NCBI GenBank assembly: GCA_963727455.1
Contig: CAVSGG010000003.1
Coordinates: 96,001 to 160,000, forward strand
Direction: 5' to 3'
Source of the DNA: Candidatus Krumholzibacteriota bacterium
GTDB taxonomy: Bacteria > Krumholzibacteriota > Krumholzibacteriia > JAJRXK01
DNA: 64,000 bases
Shown piece by piece: positions 28,125 to 38,316 of this stretch. Position numbers and translations under genes: made by a program. Numbering within the stretch: the stretch's first letter is position 1; every line of letters starts with the position of its first letter. The notes beneath the pieces are model-generated. The model worked only from the letters and a program-made list of their open reading frames with translations, ran no database searches and was not told the origin of the DNA.

Positions 28125-30611
28125 ATGCAGCGAAGTATCTTCCTAGCACTTTCGTTCGTATTCTTGCTGGCACTGCCGGCACGTGCCAATGATTCAGTCG
28201 ATTACGCTTCGTTTTCTACCCTCTACGAATCAAAACTCACAGATAGCGCATCATCTTCGATGGTTCGGGTTGGTACCCTCGCGGTCAGCCTTTACGACGG
28301 GCACATTACCGTGTGGGATCTTGGCGATTTTTCACATCCAATTCGAAGAGGTAGTTTGCCTGTCGACCCGGATGCGTTGCGGCTCATCGTGCATCGTGGA
28401 GAGTGTTATCTTCTGGCACGCCATCTCAAGTACCTGAACGACGGATTTCACGAATACTGGGGCTACCTTTACTGGATCGACTTGAGCAACCCTGATTCTC
28501 CACACAGCACGGAGCTATATGATACGGGGTATGTAGCTGGGACAGCCAGTTGGGGTGACGATCTCATATTCACCACCTACGCTGAATTTTGCAACATTCC
28601 TCCACTCGGCAACTGCTGGTTCGATTACAGCGGAACCAAAGTCATGCATTTCACATCTCCTACCGACATTTCTGTCGGGGACTTTGGCCTGGGCAAAACT
28701 GATGATTACATGGGAAGCGGCCCTTGGCTGTGGGTCATCCACGGAGATCTGCTCACGGTTTATGCACCAACCGGCTCTTTGCAGAATGGGATCGAGCGCG
28801 CTCTTCCCTTGGGAAGTAAGCTGATTTCGATCGACGGCGATCGGGCCTGGATTCGCACCTCTTCGTCCACCTTCGAGTCCTTTCGTGTAACCCCGGACGA
28901 AGTGATATCTGAGAGAATTTTCAGTTGCGACCAAGCCGACGACGTGGGTCGCATCATTCCCTGGCAAGATGGCGTGGTGGCTCTGGGAAGTTTTGGGGTG
29001 CAGGTGTTTGGAATTCCGGGATCAGCTTCTTCCATTTGGCGAGTTGCTCAGTCTTCCAATTCGGCGATCACGCAGAATAATCGCGCCTGGGTGGCGAGCG
29101 AGATCACGGGAATCCAGCAGATTCTCTTGGACCCGGCGGTGGAAACCCCACCGAAAATTGGAGTGATCGACGAGGAGTATGCGCATTTCGACATTACGGC
29201 TGATGGACACTTTCTCTACTCGAAAACCGCCGGGTTCCTGGATTGTTGGGACTTGCAGAGTCCTGGCGGTCCCCAGCTTGCTATTCGTACGAGCCTGGGA
29301 TCGACTGCCGGTATCTTCTCAATCTCCATTCAGAACGATGAGATCGCCGTAGTTTATTCTGACGAGGTCCAGTTCTTCCGATTCAACACCACGAACGGCT
29401 TGCCGACCTTCGAGACCGGCTTGCCCACGCAGATTACGGCACGTGACGGTCTGTTCGGGAACGGTTGCATCGCGCTTCTAAGCCAGACAGAGGGCCTTGA
29501 AATTCACGGTCTCGAGGCGGGGAATCCTCTACTCAGCCTTTACGACGAAGAGGGCTTCGCCAATCTGCAGCAGCTCCACGTCGATGGGGACATGGTGTGG
29601 TTTCTCTCGGGAAACCCGCTTAACGGCTACCAATTGGTCGGAATTTCCATCTCTCAACTCGATGCGCCCTTCAAAGCAGCTGAGATTCCCCTGTCAAGTT
29701 ATGTCCCCCACTTCAGCGTTTCCGCCGGAGACCTCATAACTGCACCGAATGGCGGCACACCACATGCCTATCATTACGAGAGTGGAATGGGAGTCAGCGA
29801 CCTCGGCGAACCCTTTCCTAGCGATGCCTTCGAAGTGGTCCTTCTCCACGATGGCATTCTCTATACCTCGAGCCGAGAGGAAATCCGTGTCTATCTCTGG
29901 GGCGGTGGCTCTCCGGCTTTGCTGGGTTTGCAAGAGGGATCTGGCACGAACGTGGGCTACGAACTTCTGGATCGCGGCGGCAATCTCGCCTTCTTGACTG
30001 CCGACTCACATACCGGCCACTTGCTTCCCATTTATCCAGCACAGATCTCTCCATTCCGGGTTCCTGTGCTCGTGGAAAATTTCCAGGTACAGACTACCGG
30101 GGCCCAATGTCGCTTGACGATGAAACTGGCAGAACCGCTGCCTGTTGAGCGTCTTCGCCTGATCGTTCTCAAGCCGGGGATGGAACAGAAGCTAGATTTG
30201 GAGCGCATGGGGACGACTGAATACCAGGCGTGGGACGAAGTGTATGCGGATGAGGTTAGCTATCGACTCATGGAAAAGCAGGAAGGAGCAACTTGGATCG
30301 TCCTCCATGAGGAGAGCGTAGCTGGAACGACCCTCTCCTGGGTTGGCCCGAGGATTCTACAGAATCCCGCCTCAGGTAGCCTGCACGTGGCATTTATGCA
30401 GGCTCGAACTGGACCGGTTTTTCTGGATGTGATCGATCTGGCGGGCCGGCGCATCGCTCGACTTCAGAGCGGTGTCCTGCAATCTGGGCTTCACCAATTT
30501 CTATGGAACGGACGAGATGAGAAGGGTAGTTCGGTCGCTAAAGGAGTGTACTTTTTGCGATCCCAATTCGCAGGACATGTATCTTCCTCAAAATTTGTAT
30601 GGTTGCGTTGA
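28125..30611 (+). CDS. Secreted LVIVD-like beta-propeller protein with FlgD-Ig/T9SS-like C-terminal domain (paralog A)
   Basis: RBS AAGGAG; signal peptide; WDLGDFSHP and WIDLSNPDSP repeats; C-terminal DLAGRRIARL..WNGRDEKGSSVAKGVYFLR. Confidence 0.75.
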   Translation: MQRSIFLALSFVFLLALPARANDSVDYASFSTLYESKLTDSASSSMVRVGTLAVSLYDGHITVWDLGDFSHPIRRGSLPVDPDALRLIVHRGECYLLARHLKYLNDGFHEYWGYLYWIDLSNPDSPHSTELYDTGYVAGTASWGDDLIFTTYAEFCNIPPLGNCWFDYSGTKVMHFTSPTDISVGDFGLGKTDDYMGSGPWLWVIHGDLLTVYAPTGSLQNGIERALPLGSKLISIDGDRAWIRTSSSTFESFRVTPDEVISERIFSCDQADDVGRIIPWQDGVVALGSFGVQVFGIPGSASSIWRVAQSSNSAITQNNRAWVASEITGIQQILLDPAVETPPKIGVIDEEYAHFDITADGHFLYSKTAGFLDCWDLQSPGGPQLAIRTSLGSTAGIFSISIQNDEIAVVYSDEVQFFRFNTTNGLPTFETGLPTQITARDGLFGNGCIALLSQTEGLEIHGLEAGNPLLSLYDEEGFANLQQLHVDGDMVWFLSGNPLNGYQLVGISISQLDAPFKAAEIPLSSYVPHFSVSAGDLITAPNGGTPHAYHYESGMGVSDLGEPFPSDAFEVVLLHDGILYTSSREEIRVYLWGGGSPALLGLQEGSGTNVGYELLDRGGNLAFLTADSHTGHLLPIYPAQISPFRVPVLVENFQVQTTGAQCRLTMKLAEPLPVERLRLIVLKPGMEQKLDLERMGTTEYQAWDEVYADEVSYRLMEKQEGATWIVLHEESVAGTTLSWVGPRILQNPASGSLHVAFMQARTGPVFLDVIDLAGRRIARLQSGVLQSGLHQFLWNGRDEKGSSVAKGVYFLRSQFAGHVSSSKFVWLR

Positions 30612-30612
30612 C

Positions 30613-32868
30613 ATGAAATCCATAGCCATCCTGGTTCTTTCTAGTCTTCTCTTTGCTGACACCGCGTCGGTCCTCGCTTCGGATTGTGTGGATTACTCGG
30701 GATTGATGCGCGTTGTCGCTCGAACCCCGGTGCATGGGCAACTTTTGTGCTTGCAGGGTCATGAGGCGCTCGTTGTCGATGGCAACAAGTTACACCGATT
30801 CGACCTCAGCAATCCCGAAGCTCCCCTGGAGGAAGGTGTCTACGAGCTGCCCGTTGCGCCAGACGACCTCGTCTGGAAGGATGACACAATCCTTTTCTCT
30901 ACCCAAGGTACTGAGGCCGGAATTTACGCATTCCGATTGGATTCACCTCCCCTTCTGCAACCCAGGGGCTTTGTCGCCGCAGTTTCGGATTACTCTGCAA
31001 TCGGATTGGGCGCACTGGCGAGCGGAAGTTTCGTGGCGGTGGCGATCGATTCCCTGCATGTGCTGGAGCTTCCCCAAGGTGGCGATCTTCAACGACGTAC
31101 TTCGATCAAATTGCCGGTTTGGATGACTTTGTGGAGCATTGATGGCGACAGAATCTGCATGGGACAACACAACATTGGATCGTGCTACTTGGCTGACCTT
31201 TCTCACCCCGACCAACCTCAGGTGGAGACGACACTTTCCGGTTGGAGAGGGGCATCCGCCGTTCTCAAGGGGGATTGGATCTACCTAACGGACAGAGACT
31301 ACCTCCATGTATTGTATGTCGCCGATCTCATGCATCCGCAGGAAACGGGACGCTTAGCGATTGGTGACATGAGATCTTACTTTACTTTTCCAAAGCTGAA
31401 GTGGGGCGACGCTACTCTGTTCTTCATCGCAGAGGGTACTAATACCTCGTACCCCGGCACTTTGCTCGCCCTAGATGTCTCAGACCCATTTCATCCAAAG
31501 CGCGTCGGTTCCACCGGACTACAGTGTTTAGTCAGTGCGTCCGTTATCGAACAAAGCCGATCTTTCGGTTTTGTTCTGTCTAATGATTCGGGTGTCTTGG
31601 AGACTGTCGACCTCAACCAGGTCGAAAACATCAAATACGCGCTCACCTATCCAGGCCCTCCAAGCTACAACAAAGTGCGCTCGATGGATGGGGGCCTGCG
31701 CGCCATTCTCTCCTCCCAGGACAGCGGCATCCAGGTTCTCGAACCTGATCCGAACGGCACGTGGATTAGCACTTCGTCCATCTCCACTTATCCGTCGAGC
31801 GTCGCGAATTTCGTTTGTGACGGTCGCTATGTGTATGCGGGTACTTACTACATTCCCGACCCCTGTTGTGGCACGACTCCCGAGTTCTTCGTATACGACC
31901 TCCAAGAACAGCGAAATCTCGGTGATTTGGGAGTTCAATATGGCTTTGGCTTACCAAATCATCTGGTGCGAGATGGAAGCCAGGTCGTCGTCTCGTGCAT
32001 GGGCTTGGGTTATGACAAATGGGCTTATTGTATCGACCATTCCCCGGGGCAGGACCCACAACGAGTCGGCTACTTTTCTTTTTCTGCAAATGTCTTTCCC
32101 GTGAAGGGAGCCTGGTATTCTCTGAGTGGCGCCCAACTCCGTATCCTCGGTCCGGATGAAACCAATACATACTATCTCGGCATTGCCAATACAGTGGAAC
32201 TGCCGCATAGCGGCGCCAGCTGGTTGATCCGTGCGGGCGATTATCTATATGCTTTGGGGAATGGGATCGTAGTCCTCGACGTGTCGGACCCCCAGCTGCC
32301 TGTAGTCATAAACTCTGTCGAGGTTCCCTACGCGGCGGGAACGGATGCGGCCATCGAGGGCAATCTCTTGGTTGTTCCGCGCGAAGCAATCGGACTCTCC
32401 TTCTACGACCTCAGTGATCCAACAACTCCGAGGTGGATCGGTATCGCCCCCGCCTATCACAAGGCCATGGGAGTCGCGATTGGGCTGAACGATATCCTGG
32501 TGACCGATCCCAGCGCTGGTCTCTTGCAGTATCCTTTGCCCTGCCAGCTCACCGCGGTGGCGGCGCCCCCATCCTCCGCCGCCCCGATTTTGCCATCTCT
32601 AATGTTGCAGGGCGCGGTTCCCAATCCTTTCAATCCTGCAACCGAGATCGTCTACTACCAGGCAGTCCCTTCGGAAGTCGCCTTGAAGATCTATGACACA
32701 CGGGGACGGCTGGTCTGGACCCACGAGGGATTTGCAAGCGAGGGCTGGCACCGCGTGCGGTGGAACGGTACGGACGTACATGGGAATGCCGTGGCCAGCG
32801 GCAGCTACAGGGTTCTCCTGGAGGCGCAGCACGAGCGCCGGACCAAGGCGATCATGCTCGTGCGCTGA
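30613..32868 (+). CDS. Secreted LVIVD-repeat protein with FlgD-Ig/T9SS-like CTD (paralog B)
   Basis: Signal peptide; FDLSNPEAP, LDVSDPFHP, LDVSDPQLP, YDLSDPTTP; PNPFNPATEI..WNGTD..VASGSY. Confidence 0.8.
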   Translation: MKSIAILVLSSLLFADTASVLASDCVDYSGLMRVVARTPVHGQLLCLQGHEALVVDGNKLHRFDLSNPEAPLEEGVYELPVAPDDLVWKDDTILFSTQGTEAGIYAFRLDSPPLLQPRGFVAAVSDYSAIGLGALASGSFVAVAIDSLHVLELPQGGDLQRRTSIKLPVWMTLWSIDGDRICMGQHNIGSCYLADLSHPDQPQVETTLSGWRGASAVLKGDWIYLTDRDYLHVLYVADLMHPQETGRLAIGDMRSYFTFPKLKWGDATLFFIAEGTNTSYPGTLLALDVSDPFHPKRVGSTGLQCLVSASVIEQSRSFGFVLSNDSGVLETVDLNQVENIKYALTYPGPPSYNKVRSMDGGLRAILSSQDSGIQVLEPDPNGTWISTSSISTYPSSVANFVCDGRYVYAGTYYIPDPCCGTTPEFFVYDLQEQRNLGDLGVQYGFGLPNHLVRDGSQVVVSCMGLGYDKWAYCIDHSPGQDPQRVGYFSFSANVFPVKGAWYSLSGAQLRILGPDETNTYYLGIANTVELPHSGASWLIRAGDYLYALGNGIVVLDVSDPQLPVVINSVEVPYAAGTDAAIEGNLLVVPREAIGLSFYDLSDPTTPRWIGIAPAYHKAMGVAIGLNDILVTDPSAGLLQYPLPCQLTAVAAPPSSAAPILPSLMLQGAVPNPFNPATEIVYYQAVPSEVALKIYDTRGRLVWTHEGFASEGWHRVRWNGTDVHGNAVASGSYRVLLEAQHERRTKAIMLVR

Positions 32869-32966
32869 AGCGATCCGCACCCGGGTTCTCGCGGCGCTCA
32901 GCACGCGAGGGGCATGGATTTGGGGGGAAGCTCAACGAATTGAGGTTGATTATGCGCCGGCCATCC

Positions 32967-32996
32967 TTGATTCGGGTGTCACGAATAGGATAGTAT
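32967..32996 (+). promoter_or_regulatory. Candidate sigma70 promoter for paralogs B'-A'
   Basis: TTGATT-N18-TAGTAT about 20 nt before RBS AAGGAAGG. Confidence 0.4.
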
Positions 32997-33017
32997 TGAC
33001 GGGACAAAGGAAGGGTC

Positions 33018-35543
33018 ATGAGAAGAAACGCCCTCTTTGCTCCCGTTCTCTTGTTCTTACTGAGCCTTGGGTCTACTCCCGCCTCAGCTGATGCTTCCGA
33101 TTGCATCGACTATTCTGGATTGATGCATGTCTCCCACGAAATGGACATTCAGGGAAGCCTTCTGAGTCTGCGTGGACAAGAAGCCGCGGTGGTCGCGGGA
33201 GACACTCTCCGCCTATTGGATCTGAGCGATCCGAAACTGCCGATCGAAGAAGGAAGCATTGCGCTCCCGATAAGGCCGAACGCAATTCTCTGGACGCAAG
33301 ACGCGTTACTGCTCTCTACGAGCGGGTCCGGAGGAGGCATCTATGCCTTCGAGCTGAGGCCACCCTCCAGGCTCAAGGGCAGGGGATTCGTACCTGCAGT
33401 CGAGGTGTCGTATCACACGATCGGATTGGGAGCATTGGCAAACGGTTACTTCGTCGCAGTCGCAGAGGATTCCCTGCACATCTTGGAGCTAGCCGGCGGC
33501 AATGGCCTCCGGCGGCACGCGTCGTTCAAGCTGCCGGGAAAAATGGTACTGTGGGATATTGACGGAAATCGGATTGTAGGAGACTCCAACGTAGGAATCG
33601 CTCTGTTTGATGCCTCCAATCCGGACACACTTCAGCTCGAAGCGGCGATCACAGCCTGGCCATTTCAACTGGCTGGGGCTCTTAACGGGGACTGGCTATA
33701 TCTGATCGACTCACAAGTTTTTCGAATCGTCTCGATCGCCGATCTGGCGCATCCGCAAGAGCTGGGAACTCTCCCCGTGCTGCACGACCCTTACTCTCTT
33801 AAGAACCCCATCTTAAGGCAGATCGATTCGACGGTGCTCGTCTTCGCGGAAGGAACCTATTACTGGGCGCCGGGATTCATGTGCGCAGTAGACACATCCG
33901 ATCCTCTCCTCCCTCAACAGGCGGGCTACCTCGATCTGCAGTGTATCCTCAGTGGAGTCAGCATCGAAGAGACTCGTCCCTACGCTCACGTGCTTTCGGG
34001 CAACTCGGCGGTTCTCAAGACTATTGACCTCTCTCACATAGACAATCTCGAGTACACCTTGAGTTCTGTTCCACCCTTGAGTCTCTCCAAGCTGCGCTTG
34101 ACCAACGGTGGGCAGCGCGCAATCGCTTCCTTCAAAGGCGCCGGCCTTCAGATCCTCGACCGTCAACCCGACGGAAGTTGGATCGATACTGCGATGATTC
34201 CCACCTCTCCCTACGAGGTTGCAAACATCGTCTGTGACGGCCGTTATTTTTACGCAAGTGCATTTCATCACAATGACCCATGCTGTGGAATCGATCTCTG
34301 GTTCTTCGTTTATGATCTCGAGCAACGAAGGATCCTTGAGAGCCCAAATGTATTACGTTATCTCTTCATGGGGGCAGATCCACCCTATCACGTAGTGCGA
34401 GATGGGAACCAGGTAGTCATTAACTTGCCCGAAGATAACAGCTTCTGTATCGAACATGAGGTGGGAGAAGAGCCCAAAGTCGTGGCGGAAACTGCCCTTT
34501 CAGCGGTGTTCCCGGTCAAGGGAGCATGGTATGCACTGGGTGGTTCCCAGCTGAATCTCCTCGAGCCAACTCAATGGAGTACATACTATCTCCGAAGTGG
34601 GAAGACCGTTCCGCTTCCTTTGGATGGCGCTACCTGGATGATTCGGTCGGGTAACTATCTTTACGTTTTGGGTACCCAGGGCATCGTAGTTCTCGATGCA
34701 AGCGACCCACAGTCACTAACGGTCCTGAACTCCGTTGAAGTTCCCTATGCGGCCGGCTCGGAAGCCGCGATTGCGGGCGATCTCCTGGCGGTTTCCCGCG
34801 GTGGGTTGGGGCTGTCTCTCTACGATCTCAGTGACCCCACGACTCCCTCGTGGATTGGGATTGCCCCCGCATATCACAAGGCGCTGTGCGTGGCCATCGA
34901 CCCCAACGATATTTTCGTGCTCGACTCGGACCTTGGTCTCTTGCGGTACCCATTCCCTTGCGGACTCGACATCGAGGTCCCTGTATTCCAGCCCTTCGCC
35001 AAACTCCGCGCGGTTTCCATCGATGGAGGTCTTCGCCTGAGTTGGAATTTGACGGTTTCTCTTTCCTGGGATTCTTTCGATATCTTGCGGAGGAGCGGTC
35101 TCGAAGCTGCGCAAACTGTAGCGACTTTGCCCTATATCTCCTCCCAAGCACTGAACACCGACATCACCTTGCCTCTCGAGCAGCGCGCAGGCTACTACTC
35201 GGTGCTGGGTCATACGAAAAGTGCAGACTACCGATCGGAAGAAATTCGCTTCGATCCGCCCCCGTTGCCCTCCCTGCTATTGCAGGGTGCGGTTCCCAAC
35301 CCCTTCAACCCTAGCACTGAGATCGTCTACTACCAATCGACCCCGACCGAAGCTGCACTGAAGATCTATGACACCCGGGGACGTCTAGTATGGACGCACG
35401 AGCAATTCGGGGGTGAAGGGTGGCATCGTGTCCGCTGGGACGGATCAGACGCGCGCGGCAACGCCGTTGCCAGCGGCAGTTATCGGGTAGTCCTCGAATC
35501 ACAGAGGAAGAAACTCTCGAAATCGATCATGCTCATCCGCTAG
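33018..35543 (+). CDS. Secreted LVIVD-repeat protein with extra Ig/Fn3-like domain and FlgD-Ig CTD (paralog B')
   Basis: SDCIDYSGLM start, colinear with paralog B; PNPFNPSTEI..WDGSD..VASGSY. Confidence 0.8.
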   Translation: MRRNALFAPVLLFLLSLGSTPASADASDCIDYSGLMHVSHEMDIQGSLLSLRGQEAAVVAGDTLRLLDLSDPKLPIEEGSIALPIRPNAILWTQDALLLSTSGSGGGIYAFELRPPSRLKGRGFVPAVEVSYHTIGLGALANGYFVAVAEDSLHILELAGGNGLRRHASFKLPGKMVLWDIDGNRIVGDSNVGIALFDASNPDTLQLEAAITAWPFQLAGALNGDWLYLIDSQVFRIVSIADLAHPQELGTLPVLHDPYSLKNPILRQIDSTVLVFAEGTYYWAPGFMCAVDTSDPLLPQQAGYLDLQCILSGVSIEETRPYAHVLSGNSAVLKTIDLSHIDNLEYTLSSVPPLSLSKLRLTNGGQRAIASFKGAGLQILDRQPDGSWIDTAMIPTSPYEVANIVCDGRYFYASAFHHNDPCCGIDLWFFVYDLEQRRILESPNVLRYLFMGADPPYHVVRDGNQVVINLPEDNSFCIEHEVGEEPKVVAETALSAVFPVKGAWYALGGSQLNLLEPTQWSTYYLRSGKTVPLPLDGATWMIRSGNYLYVLGTQGIVVLDASDPQSLTVLNSVEVPYAAGSEAAIAGDLLAVSRGGLGLSLYDLSDPTTPSWIGIAPAYHKALCVAIDPNDIFVLDSDLGLLRYPFPCGLDIEVPVFQPFAKLRAVSIDGGLRLSWNLTVSLSWDSFDILRRSGLEAAQTVATLPYISSQALNTDITLPLEQRAGYYSVLGHTKSADYRSEEIRFDPPPLPSLLLQGAVPNPFNPSTEIVYYQSTPTEAALKIYDTRGRLVWTHEQFGGEGWHRVRWDGSDARGNAVASGSYRVVLESQRKKLSKSIMLIR

Positions 35544-35569
35544 TCCACTGTCTCCACTGAGGAGAAGCC

Positions 35570-38053
35570 ATGTTCAGGGCTGCTTTCTTATGTCTCGTTC
35601 TTCTCTTGTTGCTACAGGCACGGGCGAGCGCAAACGGAGCGATCGACTACGCCACCTATCCCACCTTCTACGAGAAGGAGTTGCCCGAGAGCGCGGCTGT
35701 TTCGGCGGTCCAGCACGATGATCTGGTACTTTCCCTGTACCGCGCAATTGTCACCGTATGGGACTACACCGATTTCTCCAATCCCGTTCAGCGGGGACAT
35801 GTAGCGGTCGATCCCGACGCGGTACAGCTCATCGAGCACAATGGTGAATCGTATCTTGTTGCGCGATACGCAAGAGATACAGGAGGGGGGTACTTTGACA
35901 CCGGGGGTCACCTGTACTGGATCGATGTGAGCAATCCAGATTCCCCAGTCAGCGTCGAAGTCTACAACACGGGTTGCACTGGACAAGTTACCAGCTGGGG
36001 CACGGCGCTGATCTATAACGTCTATCACCAGGTTTGCGATGAGCCTCCAAGTGGGCATTGCTGGTTGGCCTATTACACAAGCCAAATCCTCCACTTCTCT
36101 GGCCCCACTCAGGTATTTGTTGGTAACGCCGGAGACCGCTCTGACCAGGAATTCATGGGAAGCGGTCTTTGGTTTTGGACCCTTCAGGGGGACCGTCTCA
36201 CCGCCTATCCTTCGACCGATTCGACGGAGGGGAGCGTTCATCGCGGAATTCCGCTCGGAAGCGAACTCATCTCGAGTGTGGGAGATCGCGTTTGGATCCG
36301 CACCTCATCGTCCACGATCGACTGTTTCCGTGCCAGTCCGGACGCTGTGAACTTTGTCAGACGACTCACTTCCGAGCTGGCGGATGGAATTCTCCGCATC
36401 GTTCCGTGGCAAGAGGGTTCTCTGGCTCTAGGAAGTTTCGGAGTGCAAATCTTTGGACCTGATGCTTCCTCTGCTCCGATCTGGCGAGTGACTCAATCGC
36501 CGAACTTCGCGCTCGTGAAGAATGATCGCGCTTGGATGATCAGTGGACTCACGGGAAGTCAGGAGATTGTCCTGGACCCGCCAGTGGAAACTCCCCCGAG
36601 GATCGGCTTGGTCCGGCAGACGTATTCGCATCTCGACATGTCGGCGGACGGACGTTTTCTCTTCGCGAAAACCGGCGGCTTTCTCGACAGTTGGGACTTG
36701 GAGAGTTCAGGCGGTTCTCAACTCATTTCCCGCACCTACTTGGGTACATCTTCCAACATCAACTCTCTTTCCGTACTGGGGAATCGCATTGCTATCGTCT
36801 ATCCGGGAGAGGTCCAGCTGTATGGTTTCGATGCCGCGACCGGAGTGCCCACTTACGAGACCAGCTTTCTCACCCAGATTGCTGCCCGTGCGGGTGCGTT
36901 CGTGGACGGCACCCTTGTTAACCTGAGCCAAGAAGACGATCTCGAAATCCACGGGACCGGGCAGGGCACTCCCTTTCTTGGCCGCTACGACTCGGAAAAT
37001 TTCACGAATCTGCAGCAGTTGCACGCCGATGGTACCATGGTCTGGTTCGTCTCCGGGTCCGGGAGTGCAACCGAAGTGATCGGAGTTTCTATCGCCCAGC
37101 CACAGGCCCCGCAGATCGTAGCCGTGATTCCTCTGGGAGCCCCCGTGCGTTCGTTCACTATCGATCAGGGTACACTGATTGTACTGAGCAGTATTTACGG
37201 GTTGCGTGCATTTCGGTTCAGCGACATACAGGGGGTAGACGATCTCGGGGAATACTTCCCCAGTAGTGCCTTCAAGCTAGTTTGCCTGCGGGATGGAATT
37301 CTTTACGCCACAAACAGTGATGAAACACAGGTCTGGCGATGGAACAAAGGCGATCCTGAACTACTGGGTCTGCAAGAGGGTTCATCTGCCTATTCAGCCT
37401 ACGGACTGAGCGCGCGCGGGGGTAGTCTCGCTCTCCTCACCAGCGATTCGTACCATGGCCGAATTCTTCGTGTTTATCCTGCGCAACTGCCGGACGTGAA
37501 GGTTCCGGTCTTGCTCGAGAGTTTCGAAGTTTTCCCAACTGATACCCGGAGACACCTCGTCTGGAGTTTGGGCACAGCCTTGCCCGTTTCCTCGATGAGG
37601 TTGATCGTCGCGGAGGATGGGCTGGAGAAGGATCTCGAGCTCGAGCGTACGAGCCAAATTCAATACGAGGCCTGGGATGAACTCCGTACTCACGAGGTCA
37701 CCTACCGCCTGTTGGAGAAGCAGACTGATGGAAGCTGGATCGTCCTTCATGAAGAAAACGTCGCCGGATCCGCACTTTCTTGGCTTGGCCCGAAAGTGCT
37801 TCAGAACCCGGCCCGTGGCAGCCTGCACGTGGCCTTCGCCCAACCACGTTCCGGCCGCGTTTCCATCGATGTGATCGATCTTGCCGGACGAAGGATCGCC
37901 CGCTTGCAGAGCGGGGTCCTGCCGAGTGGCTTACACAATTTTCAATGGGATGGTCGCGATGCAAACGGGCGCGCCGTGGCACGCGGGGTCTACTTCCTGC
38001 GTTCTCAAAGCGGTGGACACCTTTCCTCGACCAAGTTCACCCTGGTGCGCTAA
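35570..38053 (+). CDS. Secreted beta-propeller protein with FlgD-Ig CTD (paralog A')
   Basis: Colinear with paralog A over its full length (VDPDA, WIRTSSST, ALGSFGVQ, VETPP, NLQQLH); RBS GAGGAG. Confidence 0.8.
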   Translation: MFRAAFLCLVLLLLLQARASANGAIDYATYPTFYEKELPESAAVSAVQHDDLVLSLYRAIVTVWDYTDFSNPVQRGHVAVDPDAVQLIEHNGESYLVARYARDTGGGYFDTGGHLYWIDVSNPDSPVSVEVYNTGCTGQVTSWGTALIYNVYHQVCDEPPSGHCWLAYYTSQILHFSGPTQVFVGNAGDRSDQEFMGSGLWFWTLQGDRLTAYPSTDSTEGSVHRGIPLGSELISSVGDRVWIRTSSSTIDCFRASPDAVNFVRRLTSELADGILRIVPWQEGSLALGSFGVQIFGPDASSAPIWRVTQSPNFALVKNDRAWMISGLTGSQEIVLDPPVETPPRIGLVRQTYSHLDMSADGRFLFAKTGGFLDSWDLESSGGSQLISRTYLGTSSNINSLSVLGNRIAIVYPGEVQLYGFDAATGVPTYETSFLTQIAARAGAFVDGTLVNLSQEDDLEIHGTGQGTPFLGRYDSENFTNLQQLHADGTMVWFVSGSGSATEVIGVSIAQPQAPQIVAVIPLGAPVRSFTIDQGTLIVLSSIYGLRAFRFSDIQGVDDLGEYFPSSAFKLVCLRDGILYATNSDETQVWRWNKGDPELLGLQEGSSAYSAYGLSARGGSLALLTSDSYHGRILRVYPAQLPDVKVPVLLESFEVFPTDTRRHLVWSLGTALPVSSMRLIVAEDGLEKDLELERTSQIQYEAWDELRTHEVTYRLLEKQTDGSWIVLHEENVAGSALSWLGPKVLQNPARGSLHVAFAQPRSGRVSIDVIDLAGRRIARLQSGVLPSGLHNFQWDGRDANGRAVARGVYFLRSQSGGHLSSTKFTLVR

Positions 38054-38214
38054 AAGATGCTTAACCGTGCCACTCATTCGATCCGTGCTGCAATCCTCTC
38101 GATTCTATAGCCGGCTATAATTTTCAATACGAATAAATTTCGAAACTATGGATGCTTTCGTGAGATTTCTTGCCCATCTTGCGCACGAATTCCATTATTT
38201 CCAAGAATTTGCAC

Positions 38215-38243
38215 TTGCGCCTGGTTCTATATACCAATAGTAT
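38215..38243 (+). promoter_or_regulatory. Sigma70-type promoter for the HNH gene with a palindrome in the spacer
   Basis: TTGCGC-N17-TAGTAT; spacer contains TGGT-N7-ACCA. Confidence 0.5.
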
Positions 38244-38316
38244 GTTTGTATTACCTCCCCAAGGAAACGTCGAGTCCGTGAGCCGCTCGCGACAGCTCGT
38301 TTCGAGGAGGTCCGCC

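Noticed and set aside
28125-38053. Diversity-generating retroelement acting on the paralog array
   Set aside because: No reverse transcriptase and no near-identical template/variable repeat pair with adenine-specific mismatches was seen.
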